This document shows, one piece after another, positions 39,075 through 52,600 of a stretch of 64,000 nucleotides of DNA. The notes under the pieces were generated by a model, which saw only the letters and a list, made by a program, of their open reading frames with translations, ran no database searches and had not been told where the DNA came from. The DNA comes from Antedon mediterranea. Its lineage: Eukaryota > Animalia > Echinodermata. The stretch is taken from positions 19,220,001-19,284,000 of the forward strand of contig NC_092671.1 of NCBI RefSeq assembly GCF_964355755.1. Reading direction: 5' to 3'. The number at the start of each line of letters is the position of its first letter. Position 1 is the first letter of the stretch. The translations under genes were made by a program, and so were the position numbers.

Positions 39075-39245
39075 GCAGCACCTACCCAGATTAGAATATA
39101 GGGAGACGATCCCCTGCTCTTTTCGATTAGTGTACCAATTTCTTTATGTACACATGACCCACAACTTCCAGGATGAAAGCATTCAGAATAAAGTATCTTA
39201 CAATCAATATGGCACAGACATGCTTGAACCCATGCCTACCACATG
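39075..39245 (-). mobile_element. Degenerate SINE fragment (Deu/Nin-domain-like)
   Basis: CCCTGCTCTTTTCGATTAGTGTAC..TTCTTTA.GT segment resembles the Nin/Deu SINE central domain (from memory). Confidence 0.4.
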
Positions 39246-39326
39246 CTAGTCTGATTGCTTTATCATTACACCATCACTCTCTGAATGTGTTTCAGAATCA
39301 ATAGCAAATGGTATTTGTTCACTTAC

Positions 39327-39483
39327 TCGCCATCCACCAGCACTGGCCCATTTTGAGATTCCACTGCTGAGTATCGTACCTTCTGGATAATACTTGGCAA
39401 TACTGACATGCTGACCATCAAATCTCAGCTTAGCATAAATTTCATCACTGAGAACAATCATACTGTGATCTCGGAACACTTTG
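39327..39483 (-). CDS. Aminotransferase exon 6 (PLP-binding lysine)
   Basis: VLSDEIY and SGISKWASAGGWR motifs; AG/GT flanks. Confidence 0.93.
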
Positions 39484-39688
39484 CTGTTTATTATAAAAAA
39501 AAAGTTGTTGTTGAGAATACAAACTAGGACCAACAGTGGTGGTTTTAAAGATATTACTATTTCTTGTTCATGTCTTATTATGTAGGTAATACAGAGTATG
39601 CAAATTTGAGGAATAAGCACCAAAGTTAATTAAGTGTCGGTACTTTGCTTTGAACTCTAAAAGCTTTCATTTACAATATAAACATTAC

Positions 39689-39728
39689 CTGAGAGACTCC
39701 AATTCTTGTTCCGTATAACTTGTGCCAG
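39689..39728 (-). CDS. Aminotransferase exon 5
   Basis: (T)GTSYTEQELESL(S); completes NPDNP|TG. Confidence 0.85.
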
Positions 39729-40281
39729 CTGCGAATAAATAAAACTCAAATTAATCTAATATTTCTTATTGTATTTTTGCCATCTCAGTCTTGTAATTAA
39801 TTTACTTTTTTAATCATCAAAATTTGCTTGTTGGTTGTATATATCATAAAGAGAACAAGTATCTTAATAATACATTACTGAATATTTTATTTAAACATGT
39901 TTTAGTTTTAAACTGATAAACTGGAACAAACTAGAATTTCAAGAAGTAGCTGAAGATCTTATTTGGAACTAAATTTCATGTTAATACTAACTCTCAATGC
40001 TTGGTTGTGGCACTAATATGCATATGCTAACAATTTAACCGCTTGAGTGCAAAATAGACAAAGCCAAAATTTAGACAAGGTTTTGATAAAAGTTTCAATA
40101 CTGTACATCTCTAATTGAAAGTACATGCTGGTGGGTAGGTTATATTAAATTTCATTCTGAATAATTCTATAGTAGTTACATTTGTATTAGTTCATAAGGT
40201 ACAACTGGTAACAATTTGAGTATGAAATAAGTTACCTGTGTGATATGGTTTTTAATTGTTGTTCTCAGTAAGAATACTAAC

Positions 40282-40348
40282 TTGGATTATCTGGGTTACA
40301 CAGGATAAGTAATTTATTCTTGTTTTCCAGTTGGTTTTCTTTAATAGT
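40282..40348 (-). CDS. Aminotransferase exon 4
   Basis: TIKENQLENKNKLLILCNPDNP; AG/GT flanks. Confidence 0.88.
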
Positions 40349-40460
40349 CTGAAAAAGGAAAATTTGATTATAAATTACATGTTTTGTTAAATAAATATTT
40401 ATTCTACGATGAGTAATGTACAATTCATATTTACTGTGCAACCTCAAATCTTGTTTGCTT

Positions 40461-41320
40461 TAAATCGGACCATGCCTTTTTATTGGGTATTCAAACATTA
40501 AATCGGACCATGCCTATATATTGGGCATTCAAACATTAAATCGGACCATGCCTATATATTGGGTATTCAAACATTAAATCGGACCATGCCTATATATTGG
40601 GTATTCAAACATTAAATCGGACCATGCCTATATATTGGGTATTCAAACATTAAATCGGACCATGCCTATATATTGGGCATTCAAACATTAAATCGGACCA
40701 TGCCTTTTTATTGGGTATTCAAACATTAAATCGGACCATGCCTATATATTGGGTATTCAAACATTAAATCGGACCATGCCTATATATTGGGTATTCAAAC
40801 ATTAAATCGGACCATGCCTTTTTATTGGGTATTCAAACATTAAATCGGACCATGCCTATATATTGGGTATTCAAACATTAAATCGGACCATGCCTATATA
40901 TTGGGCATTCAAACATTAAATCGGACCATGCCTTTTTATTGGGTATTCAAACATTAAATCGGACCATGCCTATATATTGGGCATTCAAACATTAAATCAG
41001 ACCATGCCTATATATTGGGTATTCAAACATTAAATCGGACCATGCCTATATATTGGGTATTCAAACATTAAATCGGACCATGCCTATATATTGGGCATTC
41101 AAACATTAAATCGGACCATGCCTATATATTGGGTATTCAAACATTAAATCGGACCATGCCTATATATTGGGCATTCAAACATTAAATCGGACCATGCCTT
41201 TTTATTGGGTATTCAAACATTAAATCGGACCATGCCTATATATTGGGTATTCAAACATTAAATCGGACCATGCCTATATATTGGGCATTCAAACATTAAA
41301 TCGGACCATGCCTATATATA
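40461..41320. repeat. 38-bp satellite, left block (~22 copies)
   Basis: Unit TAAATCGGACCATGCCTATATATTGGGTATTCAAACAT. Confidence 0.95.
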
Positions 41321-41334
41321 TACATATATATATG

Positions 41335-44300
41335 TATTTTTATTACTGAAACGTGGTTTAATGATTCTATATCTGACATTGAAATACATAAAATTGGTTA
41401 TGTCATATATAGAAAAGACCGGATACTCGTTCCAAAAAATAGTGGTGGTGGTCTTATGTGTGCCATTAAGTCATCTCTCTTATCAATCAGAAAACATGAT
41501 CTTGAGCCCAACGATGAGATCATGGTACTTGAACTAAGACCGACCTCATGCAAAAGAATGGCATTTGTTCTGTGCTACAGATCTCCTGATGGTAACAAAG
41601 ACGACTTCACAAACAAACTTACTGTAACTCTTAATGCTCTTAGACCCCTGTACAACCAAATTCATTTAATCGGTGACTTTAACCTTCCACGTGCTAAGGG
41701 CTGTCTTGGTGAACTAGTTTCACCTGACACCCCCGAGGGGCGTTTCTGTCAGACTTTACAAGACAACTTTTTAACTCAAGTCAATGATATTCCATCACGT
41801 AAAGGTCATTCAAACATACTTGACCTCGTTGTTACTAGTACACCTGATCAATTATCCTGTATTTCTGAATCTACCCAGTCTTACCACACTGATCATAAGC
41901 TCTTGCAGTTTCAAATAAAGAGCAAAATTGACAGGCCTAAGAGCATTAAACGTCAAGTGTATAATTTTAAATCCGCCAACTTTGACAACATTAGAAATGC
42001 ATTTGATAATGCCTCATTTGTAGACTTGTACCTTGCCACTGATGTAAACACTGCTTGGAATGTTTTTACCTCTGTTATAAACAACATTCTAAGCAATCAT
42101 GTGAGTAAAATCACTATCAAAGATACAACTGCACCAGCTTGGATAGACGGTGAGGTAAGGCGTAGGCAAAACAAGAAGTTGTTTGCCTGGAAACGCGCCA
42201 AGAAGTCTAATAAACAAAGTCATTGGGCCAGGTTTCGTAAATTGCGTAACCGACTCAAGAATTTAATAACAAACAAATTCAATAACTATATCAGTGACAT
42301 GGGGTCTACAATTGAAAACAATCCAAAAAGATTTTGGTCCTTTATGAGGAACAAAACCAAATCTAAATCTCTTCCCAAAGTTATTAACCATAACGATGCT
42401 TCGGCAACAGAAGCTAAAGATAGGGCAACTTTATTTAATTACTATTTTTATTCGGTGTTCAGTACACCAAAGATTTACAATGTTCTACCCAAAGCCAGCA
42501 ACACAAAAGAAAATATGCCTGATCTAAGTAACATTATTCTTAATGAAATTGATGTTTGTGAAATTCTTTCGAGCTTGGATACTTCTAAGGCTGTCGGTCT
42601 TGATGAGATCTCACCACGGGTCCTTAAAGAGTGCGCTAAACAACTCAGTCCACCACTGTGTCACATATTCAAAATGTCAATGTCAACTGGACAACTGCCT
42701 GATATTTGGCTTAAAGCTAACGTGGTTCCCGTATTTAAAAAGGGCGACAAACACAAAGCCTCTAATTACCGACCCATATCCTTACTATGTATCTCAAACA
42801 AAGTTTTCGAAAGATTAATTTACAACGCTATTTTTCCGCACTTAAAGAATTATTTGTATAACCTACAACACGGATTCATTAAGGGCCGTTCTACTGTTTC
42901 ACAATTACTAACCATTTTTCACACAGTAAGTGAAGTTATGGATAACGCTGGTCAGGTCGACCTCGTATATCTAGATTTTTCTAAAGCGTTTGACAGTGTG
43001 TCCCACCATTTACTTCTGCACAAATTAAAATCATACGGTATTAGTGGTAATCTCCATCACTGGTTTAGGGCCTATCTTTCCAACAGAACGCAAAGGGTTG
43101 TTATCGAAGGATCGTTTTCCGTTTGGCTACCTGTGATTTCAGGGGTGCCACAAGGTTCAATCCTAGGTCCCCTACTCTTCTTATTATACATACATGACTT
43201 GCCCACGTCTACCAAGAATGCAACAATTGCTCTCTTTGCAGACGATGCTAAAGGCTTGAAATCTATTAATCAAGTGACCGATTGTAATCTTTTACAAGAC
43301 GATATCAATTCGTTGTACAAATGGAGCAAAACATGGGATCTATGTTTTAATCCATCTAAATGTCAAATTATATCTATTACTAGAAAACGAAACCCTGTAA
43401 TATATGACTACAGGATGAATGGTATTTCTCTCGCTAGATCTGATTGTATCAATGATCTGGGGATCGAAATATCTAATCATCTGAAATGGAATGAGCACGT
43501 CACCAAAGTTGTCTCTAAATGTAATCGCAAACTTGGTATGATTAAATGGGCTATGGGTTACAATTCCCCTATCAGTATTACTAGGACACTATTCACCTCC
43601 CTGATTAGAACCGACCTTGAGTATGCTAGCTCATTGTGGAGTGGCACATCCAAATGTAACATGCAATGTTTGGAAATTGTACAGCGTAAAGCTACCAAAT
43701 ACATTTTGAATTACCCCGATCAAGATTACAAAGAACGTTTAACATTGCTCAATTTACTGCCCCTTTCATATAGAAGAGAATATATGGATGTTAACTTCTT
43801 CCATCAATGCTTAACATGAATGATCTTAATATCAAAGATTTCGTTACATTTTCCGGAGACAATAATGGTCGTGCAACAAGATCATCTGTTGATGACTTCA
43901 ATCTTACTGTTAGAAATGGTCATACTGAATCACATAAATTGATGTATTTCCAACGCATTGTTCCCATGTGGAATCAGTTAGACCAAGATACTAGAAAAGC
44001 ACCTACGTCTTACAGGTTTAAGCTAGGGGCTAAGAAATATTTCAACGACTTATTTACCAATACGTATGAAACTGGCAATATGTGCACATGGGTGTCCTGT
44101 TGTCGCTGCTTTAAATGTCGACCAACTTAGTTTTATCTTAAATTATACAAATTTATAAATTACTATTATATTAAAATATTTATTGTAATGTTTTTAACTT
44201 TTTTACTCATTGTGCAATTTGGGATTCGACCGTCCTAGAGGTGTTTACCACCTGTTGGTCCCATCCTTCACTGAATGTACTCTGTTCTTTTTATATCTTT

Positions 44301-44382
44301 TGTCTTTTTCTTGCTCTGTTTGTACATTTTTGTGAGAATTTGAATAAATAAAAAAATTAAAAAAAATAAAATAAAAATTAAA
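41335..44382 (+). mobile_element. 5'-truncated CR1/L2-group LINE (APE-RT ORF 41456-43819, frameshifted tail to 44130)
   Basis: GDFNLP, NILDLV, NYRPISLL, DFSKAFDSV, GVPQGSILGP, FADD; C-terminal CTWVSCCRCFKCR; AATAAA/A-rich tail 44343-44382. Confidence 0.92.
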
Positions 44383-45165
44383 ATATATTGGGTATTCAAA
44401 CATTAAATCGGACCATGCCTATATATTGGGCATTCAAACATTAAATCGGACCATGCCTATATATTGGGTATTCAAACATTAAATCGATCAGGCCTATATA
44501 TTGGGCATTCAAACATTAAATCGGACCATGCCTATATATTGGGTATTCAAACATTAAATCGGACCATGCCTATATATTGGGTATTCAAACATTAAATCGG
44601 ACCATGCCTATATATTGGGTATTCAAACATTAAATCGGACCATGCCTATATATTGGGTATTCAAACATTAAATCGATCAGGCCTATATATTGGGCATTCA
44701 AACATTAAATTGGACCATGCCTATATATTGGGCATTCAAACATTAAATCGGACCATGCCTATATATTGGGTATTCAAACATTAAATCGATCAGGCCTATA
44801 TATTGGGTATTCAAACATTAAATCGGACCATGTCTATATATTGGGTATTCAAACATTAAATCGGACCATTCCAATATATTGGGTATTCAAACATTAAATC
44901 GGACCATGCCTATATATTGGGTATTCAAACATTAAATCGGACCATGCCTATATATTGGGCATTCAAACATTAAATCGGACCATGCCAATATATTGGGTAT
45001 TCAAACATTAAATCGGACCATGCCTATATATTGGGTATTCAAACATTAAATCGGACCATGCCTATATATTGGGTATTCAAACATTAAATCGGACCATGCC
45101 TATATATTGGGTATTCAAACATTAAATCGATCAGGCCTTTTTATTGGGTACTCAAACATTGAATC
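44383..45165. repeat. 38-bp satellite, right block (~20 copies)
   Basis: Same unit resumes in register after the LINE tail and decays toward 45200. Confidence 0.95.
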
Positions 45166-45318
45166 AAGCTGACTTTTTTATATGGTATGCAAACATTGAA
45201 TCAGCCAGCACTGCTCCTCCTGTCTGTGAACGATAGGATGGTTAGCACTTAAAATTGCACAACGTCTATCACTAAAGCAGGTCTAACAGTTCACTGATTT
45301 ACGAGAAGTGTATCTTAA

Positions 45319-47770
45319 AGATGTATTGTCCCCCTGAAAAAAAAATTTTTTTCAATATTTTTGTTGAATAGGCCATTTTAATTGCACATAAAAGTTATTC
45401 ACTTTGACCTCAATTTGGATTGAAAAAAATAATTTTTTACACGGGAAAATCGCAATTTAATGCAAAAATTAACCAACCGGAAGCTATTTGTCTGGAAGAC
45501 AAATGTGTTCCGGTTTAATTTAACCCTTGACCTGAGTTAGCTCATAAATATTCATATTGTATGGATACATCGTGTGGATGATGATGCTTTCCAAATCAAC
45601 AGCTGCGCCAACAACGATAGCAATGCATGCGTGCGAGAGAGTCGAGTGGTGATGCGAGACGAATCTTGCTTGAAGAAAACACGGAAACTATAGCTAGCAG
45701 AATGCTATGTTAGAATTACAGTTGGTAACTTTGATGTTGAATCTTATTCATTTAGGTGAGTTTTTGTTTCGCTAACAGGAGAGGCCTAGCTAGGCCTAGG
45801 CCCGAATTTGCTGTTACTGTACTACTACTAGTCTACTACTAGCACTGACACGACAGTCTCGAGTAGCCTAACTGCTGCCTACTTCTGTCTCTAGAAGTAG
45901 AGTGTAGTAGGCCTAGGCAGTACACTGCTAGCTAGGGCTACAGTAGACCACCACCAGAAGGGATGTATTTTTGTTTCTATCATGATGAATTGGTTTATTG
46001 GTTGATTTCAACTATCTATTCGGCAGTGAAAATAAAAAAAAAAAGAAAATCTAAATATTGTTTTGGATGTTTTACTGATGCAATATTTTAAAAATATTTT
46101 CTGTATCAAATGCAATAGGTTCAAATTAACATTCCGCAAATAAACATTTTATGCAGATATTTTGACACAAATTTCTTTATTTTTTAGGTTGATTGATTGA
46201 ACAATAAGAGCAAGTAGTGAGAAACAAAATGTATCGTACAGTGGCAACATTCACAATTTATTGAAACGTTTCTTACTATTAAAATGACACTTTGTAATGG
46301 ATGTGAGCGATCTTAGAAGACTATAGCTGTCGTAATTACTGCCACAATCAACACATTGATAATTAGTAGACAAATTGACACAAAAAACAATACAGGAATT
46401 CAATAAGATATACTGTATATATATATTTTATTAACTCCTTTTGCACTGTAATATTTACAGTAAAATTATGAAGTGTAAGTAAATTTGAAGAATTTACCCT
46501 GTGTACTGTTGTAGTAGTTTTTTTTTATTTATTGAATGTTATGTTTACAAAATAATATACTGTACATATAATACAAAAAAAATTATACAATATTTTACAA
46601 GCTGGACAAGAACATATTGGCCGAATGCAGCAGGAGAGTCAGAAATATTTTTCCTGCAATATGCAATCATATTCCAATACCGATTCTATCATTGTTGTCT
46701 TTGGGTGACCTCTGTTCCAGTCTTCATCAGCTCAACGTCTTTAAAAAAAGTAAAAGCAAAGTATGAAAATCTGGAAAAAATAGATCATGCATATTTAGTG
46801 CAAAATTGGGCTAGTGAAATTGCTTACTTTGACATAGTCAAATAAGTATACTACCTTTCTATGGTAATTAAAACACATTACTTATAATGTTATAACTTAT
46901 AAAAAGAGAAAATAAATATTTGACTTACTACAGTACAGAGAACATTTGTTTGTGTTGTAAAATGGCTAAGCTGGCTTTTCCCCTCTGTCTACTTGTACAG
47001 TGCTGCTGGAAGGTTCTCAATTTCAGGCTTGTATTGCAACCATTTTCCCTGAAAAATGTTTGTTTTATTTTTATCATAAAAATTAGTTAAACAAGCTTCA
47101 ACTGTAAATATATATGGTACAGCAAGCTGGCTGTATTTTCGGAATGTAGCTAAGATTGATGGCATATAGCCTAGGCCAGTCTATGAAGAGTACAATGTAT
47201 AGGGCCTAGCTGGGCATCTTCTGCAGGGACCCGATTGTCACTAGCCTAATAATATGCAGCAGCATGTATTAATTATTCTAGCCTAGGCCTAGCCCTGAAC
47301 TGAAAAAATCCCAGGCTAAGTTAATTACTTTACCTTCCTGTTATTATTGCGTTACATATATTATTATATTTAAAATAACCGTCTAGGCCTACTTACCGAC
47401 AAATTAACAGCTCAGCTTTACATATTTATACGATCAGGCCAGGGAAACCCACAGTCGAGTCGCGTCGATCTCTGGTGGTGTTGTTGTGTACATACAACGT
47501 GCATTGTCCATTGTTAGATCAGATCTCTGCTGTGTGGATGCTCATTAACATATCATGCATATGTATGAGTTAGCTCTACCGGCCTAATTTCTGAGCCGAT
47601 GAGTTCGAAAAAATGGTAAACTTATTTTGATTTTTTTATAAGCGAAATCAATATTTTTTTCGGATTTTTTTTCGGTGGAAGTGAATAACTTTATGTTAAC
47701 TACAAAACGGTCTATTCAAAATTAGATTTTTTTTATCTTTATTTTTCATTTTTAGGGGGACAATACATCT
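45319..47770. mobile_element. Kolobok-like DNA transposon, non-autonomous or decayed
   Basis: TTAA at 45315-45318 and 47771-47774; termini AGATGTATTGTCCCCCT / AGGGGGACAATACATCT; imperfect TIR of ~90 bp. A TTAA target with AG ends fits Kolobok rather than piggyBac (CC ends). Confidence 0.85.
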
Positions 47771-48317
47771 TTAAGGAAAGTTGAAAATATTATGAAATAT
47801 CCTACTGTTACAATTTTAATAGATCTGGCATAATACAACCCCCAAAAGCCAACCTATGTACAACTACCAAGTCCTTTGTTGTAAATAGCATTAATATGTA
47901 CAATTCTAACGTTTGACGATAACTCTTTATTCTTTGTTGTAATTTTTATTTATTGTAATCGTTTTAACAGTATTTTACAGAGCCTATGGCGTTTTTGGAA
48001 TTTTTAACATACAAATAGTATTTTAACATTTCCATTTGCAATTTGATGTATTTTTCTTTGTTGTTTTATTGTCTTAATTATGCCATTTTAAAGTTGACCA
48101 ATACAATTTTTTAAATCTTGAATATTAATTTGACTTGTTTGGGGGTTATTTTTACTAGTCTCCTTTTATTACTCAGTCAACTAGATAACTTCATGCCCTA
48201 AAAACTGAAGTGCAAAAACATGTGACATTGCTGTGTTTGCTTAGGTGGTAATTCCAGGTTAAGTATATGACATGTGATGTCACGTGTATATCTTTTTATG
48301 ACTATTATTTAACCTAC

Positions 48318-48445
48318 CTGTAGAAATGCCTCTGGAGTTAATTTCCAGTTGCTGTCAAAGCTTGTAGAAATAACATGTGTTGATTTCTGAGCCAATAACA
48401 TTTGAGGTTTATAGGTTGTCCAAGTTGGTGATAGCAGTATCACAT
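48318..48445 (-). CDS. Aminotransferase exon 3
   Basis: DVILLSPTWTTYKPQ...NWKLTPEAFLQ; AG/GT flanks. Confidence 0.9.
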
Positions 48446-48829
48446 CTGTAAATATAATATAATTATTATATAAAATAATAATAACACTATATACAAACTG
48501 GGTGGGGGCTCATTTGCAGCTAAAACTGTTGACATATAACCTCTGAGTTGCGCTCAGGAGTAGTAATGGTTGTGGATTTTAAGTGTCTTTGTGTGTAATT
48601 CATTTATAGGATAACCAATGAGTTGTATATAAACTTTGTTATGTAAAACAAACAAAATATATTATATATTAGGTTTATTTACATCAGATAATATTATCAC
48701 TATTGTTAAAAATAGGAACCTACAAGAAAGTTGGCCGAATTCTCTCTACTACCAGACCACGATAGTGTTTCATTAGATAAATTAATTGTCTGAACACAGA
48801 AAATGTACATTCTTAATGTCCTATTCTAC

Positions 48830-48967
48830 CTCCATTAAAAATCAACATTAGCAAGAAAATAAGCTCTTTAGATCCAGGTCCCACAATGACGTCATCAGCA
48901 TTAAAATGACTTAGTTTGTCCTCCTTGGCATGGAATTCACAGATGCTTGCACACAGCTCTGCTATAC
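48830..48967 (-). CDS. Aminotransferase exon 2
   Basis: GIAELCASICEFH...DDVIVGPGSKELIFLLM; AG/GT flanks. Confidence 0.9.
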
Positions 48968-49229
48968 CTAGGAAATGTCAAGATAACTTTATAAGTAGTA
49001 GATAGAAAGTAACAACACAAAAATTAAATAAACGCTCAGGAAGTGAGCGATTGGCAAAATTCAAAGCGACATGTGGCAGTAATACAGTAATAAGCAAATA
49101 TACTCGAGCGAGTGATTGTATTCTGATTGGTTGCATATTTGTTCAAAAGAACTGTTGTTGAGAAACTCAACTTTTTATCAACATTTATTTATAGCATAAG
49201 AATTTCAAGTAAAGGAAAATGATGTACTT

Positions 49230-49501
49230 GATTTGTTGATATAAGTTTGCGGTACACCACGTATGTTAGTTCTGAAAAGAACTGTTGAGTTTCTCGACGT
49301 TTCGATCAATATGCTTTGATCGTCCTCAGGTGATCGTCCTGAGGAGGACTTCTGAGGAGGACTCCTGAGGAGGACTCCTGAGGACGATCAAAGCATATTG
49401 ATCGAAACGTCGAGAAACTCAACAGTTCTTTTCAGAACTAACATACGTGGTGTACTGCAAACTTATATCAACATTTGATTTCGCCATGCAAACCTTCAAA
49501 C
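49230..49501. mobile_element. Short Penelope-like insertion made of an inverted pLTR pair
   Basis: 12-bp direct repeat AATGATGTACTT at 49218-49229 and 49502-49513; 97-bp inverted arms 49234-49330 and 49377-49473. Confidence 0.75.
49375..49414 (+). ncRNA. Minimal type I hammerhead ribozyme motif (Penelope-type)
   Basis: CTC-CTGAGGA-C-GATCAA/AGCATA/TTGATC-GAAA-CG-TC-GAG: conserved core, 6-bp stem II, palindromic ACGT at stem III, GUC cleavage triplet and 3-bp stem I. Confidence 0.7.
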
Positions 49502-49609
49502 AATGATGTACTTATACTTATCGATGACATTATAACGTTTATACCAATGAATATCAGATTATTTAGCCGATAACAATGTACCTTATGCTTGAATGCAGCT
49601 TATTTATAT

Positions 49610-52600
49610 TAGTAGAGCAGTTAAGGCCATAAAAATAGCCAAGTTGTGCACTTTATTACCAAAGCATGAAACTTGCCACAAAGTTTCTTTGATGTATATA
49701 GATTCAAAATATCGGGGGGTGCCAAGTGTCCAACGTCCGGTATGGCGGCCATCTTGATTTCAAAATGGCCACCATAAAAACAAAAAGTGTTCATATCTTG
49801 GCAACTATAAACAGTAGAGACTTGATTCTGGTGTTAAAATGTTTAAAAACCACATATTTCTATTTGCTCTAATGAAAAGTTTAGTCAAAAAATGACCGGA
49901 AATGACGTTTCTTCCAGTTTGACCTTTGACCTCTTATCTGTATATCTCAGTAACTACTGATCATTTTCAATCGATTTTGGTGTCATTTTGTTCAGAATAG
50001 AGACATTTATATTTGTAGTAATGAAACATTTTCACATAAAATGACTGGAAATGACAGATCACTGAGAAACAGCAATCACTGAGCTCATCTATGCCGACTT
50101 GTTTGCTAAACTGTGATGTATCAATCGTTATATAAAAGTTTTGGTCCTCTCTCCTTCATCTTTTCTTTTTTTTTGTAATGTATTATACCATATGGACAAT
50201 TGTCTGAAATAAAAGTTGAATTGTTAGATGCCATTTGGAAATATTTTGGTGTAAAGTAGCATTCTTTCGTTGGCCTCTTTGATGTTGCATATGAGACAAG
50301 TTCGGAAAGTTCTCATTTTCATGAGTTAAGAGAACACCGTCTTTCAAAGTACTTACTACAGTAGACCTACTTTCATTAGTCAGAAACTCAGATAATTCTT
50401 GGTCATTTTCGTGTACTAAATGTACTAAATTTTTATGGTAATGAGCCTTTGCTGTAAACCATATGAATCCTTTTCCTCGATTTTCTCTAGTCATTGATTT
50501 TTTAGCAAAATCCGAACCAAATAAATTCGTAAAAGACATCTCAATATAATTATTCAAGTAATCCTCAAATTAGTGACATGGACCTACAATATACTGTTCT
50601 GTACAAGACCTTTTTAGGCATCCACCTGTGGACTTTCACTTTGAAGGTCTTGGTCTCCTAATCATACAAGAAACAATGTCTGATTTAATCAATCAAAGTA
50701 GTGGGTCCAGACCATCCACAGACAAAGAAGGGGGTATAAGACCACCCACAGACAAAGAAGGGGGTATAAGACCATCCACAGACAAAGAAGGGGGTATAAG
50801 ACCATCCACAGACAAAGAAGGGGGTGTAAGACCATCCACACACAAAGAAGGGGGTATAAGACCATCCACAGACAAAGAAAGGGGAAGGCCATCTACAGAC
50901 AAAGAAGGGGGTGTAGGACCATCCACAGACAAAGAAGTGGGTGTAAGACCATCCACAGACAAAGAAGGGGGTGTAAGACCATCCACAGACAAATAAGGGG
51001 GCGTAGGACCCTCCACAGACAAAGAAGGGGATGTAAGACCATCCACTGACAAAGAAAGGGGTATGGGACCACTTACAGACAAAGAAGGGGGTATAAGACC
51101 AACCACAGACAAAGAAGGGGGTGTAAGACCATCCACAGACAAAGAAGGGGGTGTAAGACCATCCACAGACAAAGAAGGGGGTGTAAGACCATCCACAGAC
51201 AAAGAAGGGGGTGTAAGACCATCCACGGACAAAGAAGGGGGTGTAAGACCATCCACAGACAAAGAAGGGGGTATAAGACCAACCACAGACAAAGAAGGGG
51301 GTGTAAGACCATCCACCGACAAAGAAGGGGGTGTAAGACCATCCACGGACAAAGAAGGGGGTGTAAGACCATCCACAGACAAAGAAGGGGGTGTAAGACC
51401 ATCCACACACAAAGAAGGGGGTATAAGACCATCCACAGACAAAGAAAGGGGAAGGCCATCTACAGACAAAGAAGGGGGTGTAGGACCATCCACAGACAAA
51501 GAAGGGGGTGTAAGACCATCCACAGACAAAGAAGGGGGTGTAAGACCATCCACAGACAAATAAGGGGGCGTAGGACCCTCCACAGACAAAGAAGGGGATG
51601 TAAGACCATCCACTGACAAAGAAGGGGGTATAGGACCACTTACAGACAAAGAAGGGGGTATAAGACCAACCACAGACAAAGAAGGGGGTGTAAGACCATC
51701 CACAGACAAAGAAGGGGGTGTAAGACCATCCACAGACAAAGAAGGGGGTGTAAGACCATCCACAGACAAAGAAGGGGGTGTAAGACCATCCACACACAAA
51801 GAAGGGGTATAAGACCATCCACAGACAAAGAAATGGGTGTAAGGCCATCTACAGACAAAGAAGGGGGCGTAGGACCCCCCACAGACAAAGAAGGGGGTGT
51901 AAGACCATCCAATGACAAAGAAGGGGTATAGGACCACTTACAGACAAAGAAGGGGGTATAAGACCATCCACAGACAAAGAAGGGGTGTAAGACCATCCAC
52001 AGACAAAGAAGGGGGTGTAAGACCATCCACACACAAAGAAGGGGGTATAAGACCATCCACAGACCAAGAAGGGGGCGTAGGACCCTCCACAGACAAAGAA
52101 GGGGGTGTAAGACCATCCACTGATAAAGAAGGGGGTATAGGACCACTTACAGACAAAGAAGGGGGTATAAGACCATCCACAGACAAAGAAGGGGGTGTAA
52201 GACCATCCACAGACCAAGAAGGGGGCATAGGACCCTCAACAGACAAAGAAGGGGATGTAGGACCATCCACAGACAAAGAATGGGGTATAAGACCATTCAC
52301 AGACAAAGAAGGGGTATAAGACCATCGACAGAGAAAGAAGGGGTGTAAGACCATCCACAGACAAAGAAGGGGTGTAAGACCATCCACACACAAAGAAAAA
52401 GGTGTAAGACCATCCACACACAAAAAAAGGGGTGTAATACCATCCACAGACAAAGAAAAGGGTGTAATACCATCAACAGACAAAGAAAGGGGTGTGATAC
52501 CATCAACAGACAAAGCAAAGGGTGTAATACCATCAACAGGCACAGAAGGGGGTATAATACCGTCCACAGACAAAGAAAGGGGTGTAAGACCATCCACAGA

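Noticed and set aside
40461-45165. CRISPR-like regular array
   Set aside because: Head-to-tail units with no unique spacers, no cas genes, and a eukaryotic context.
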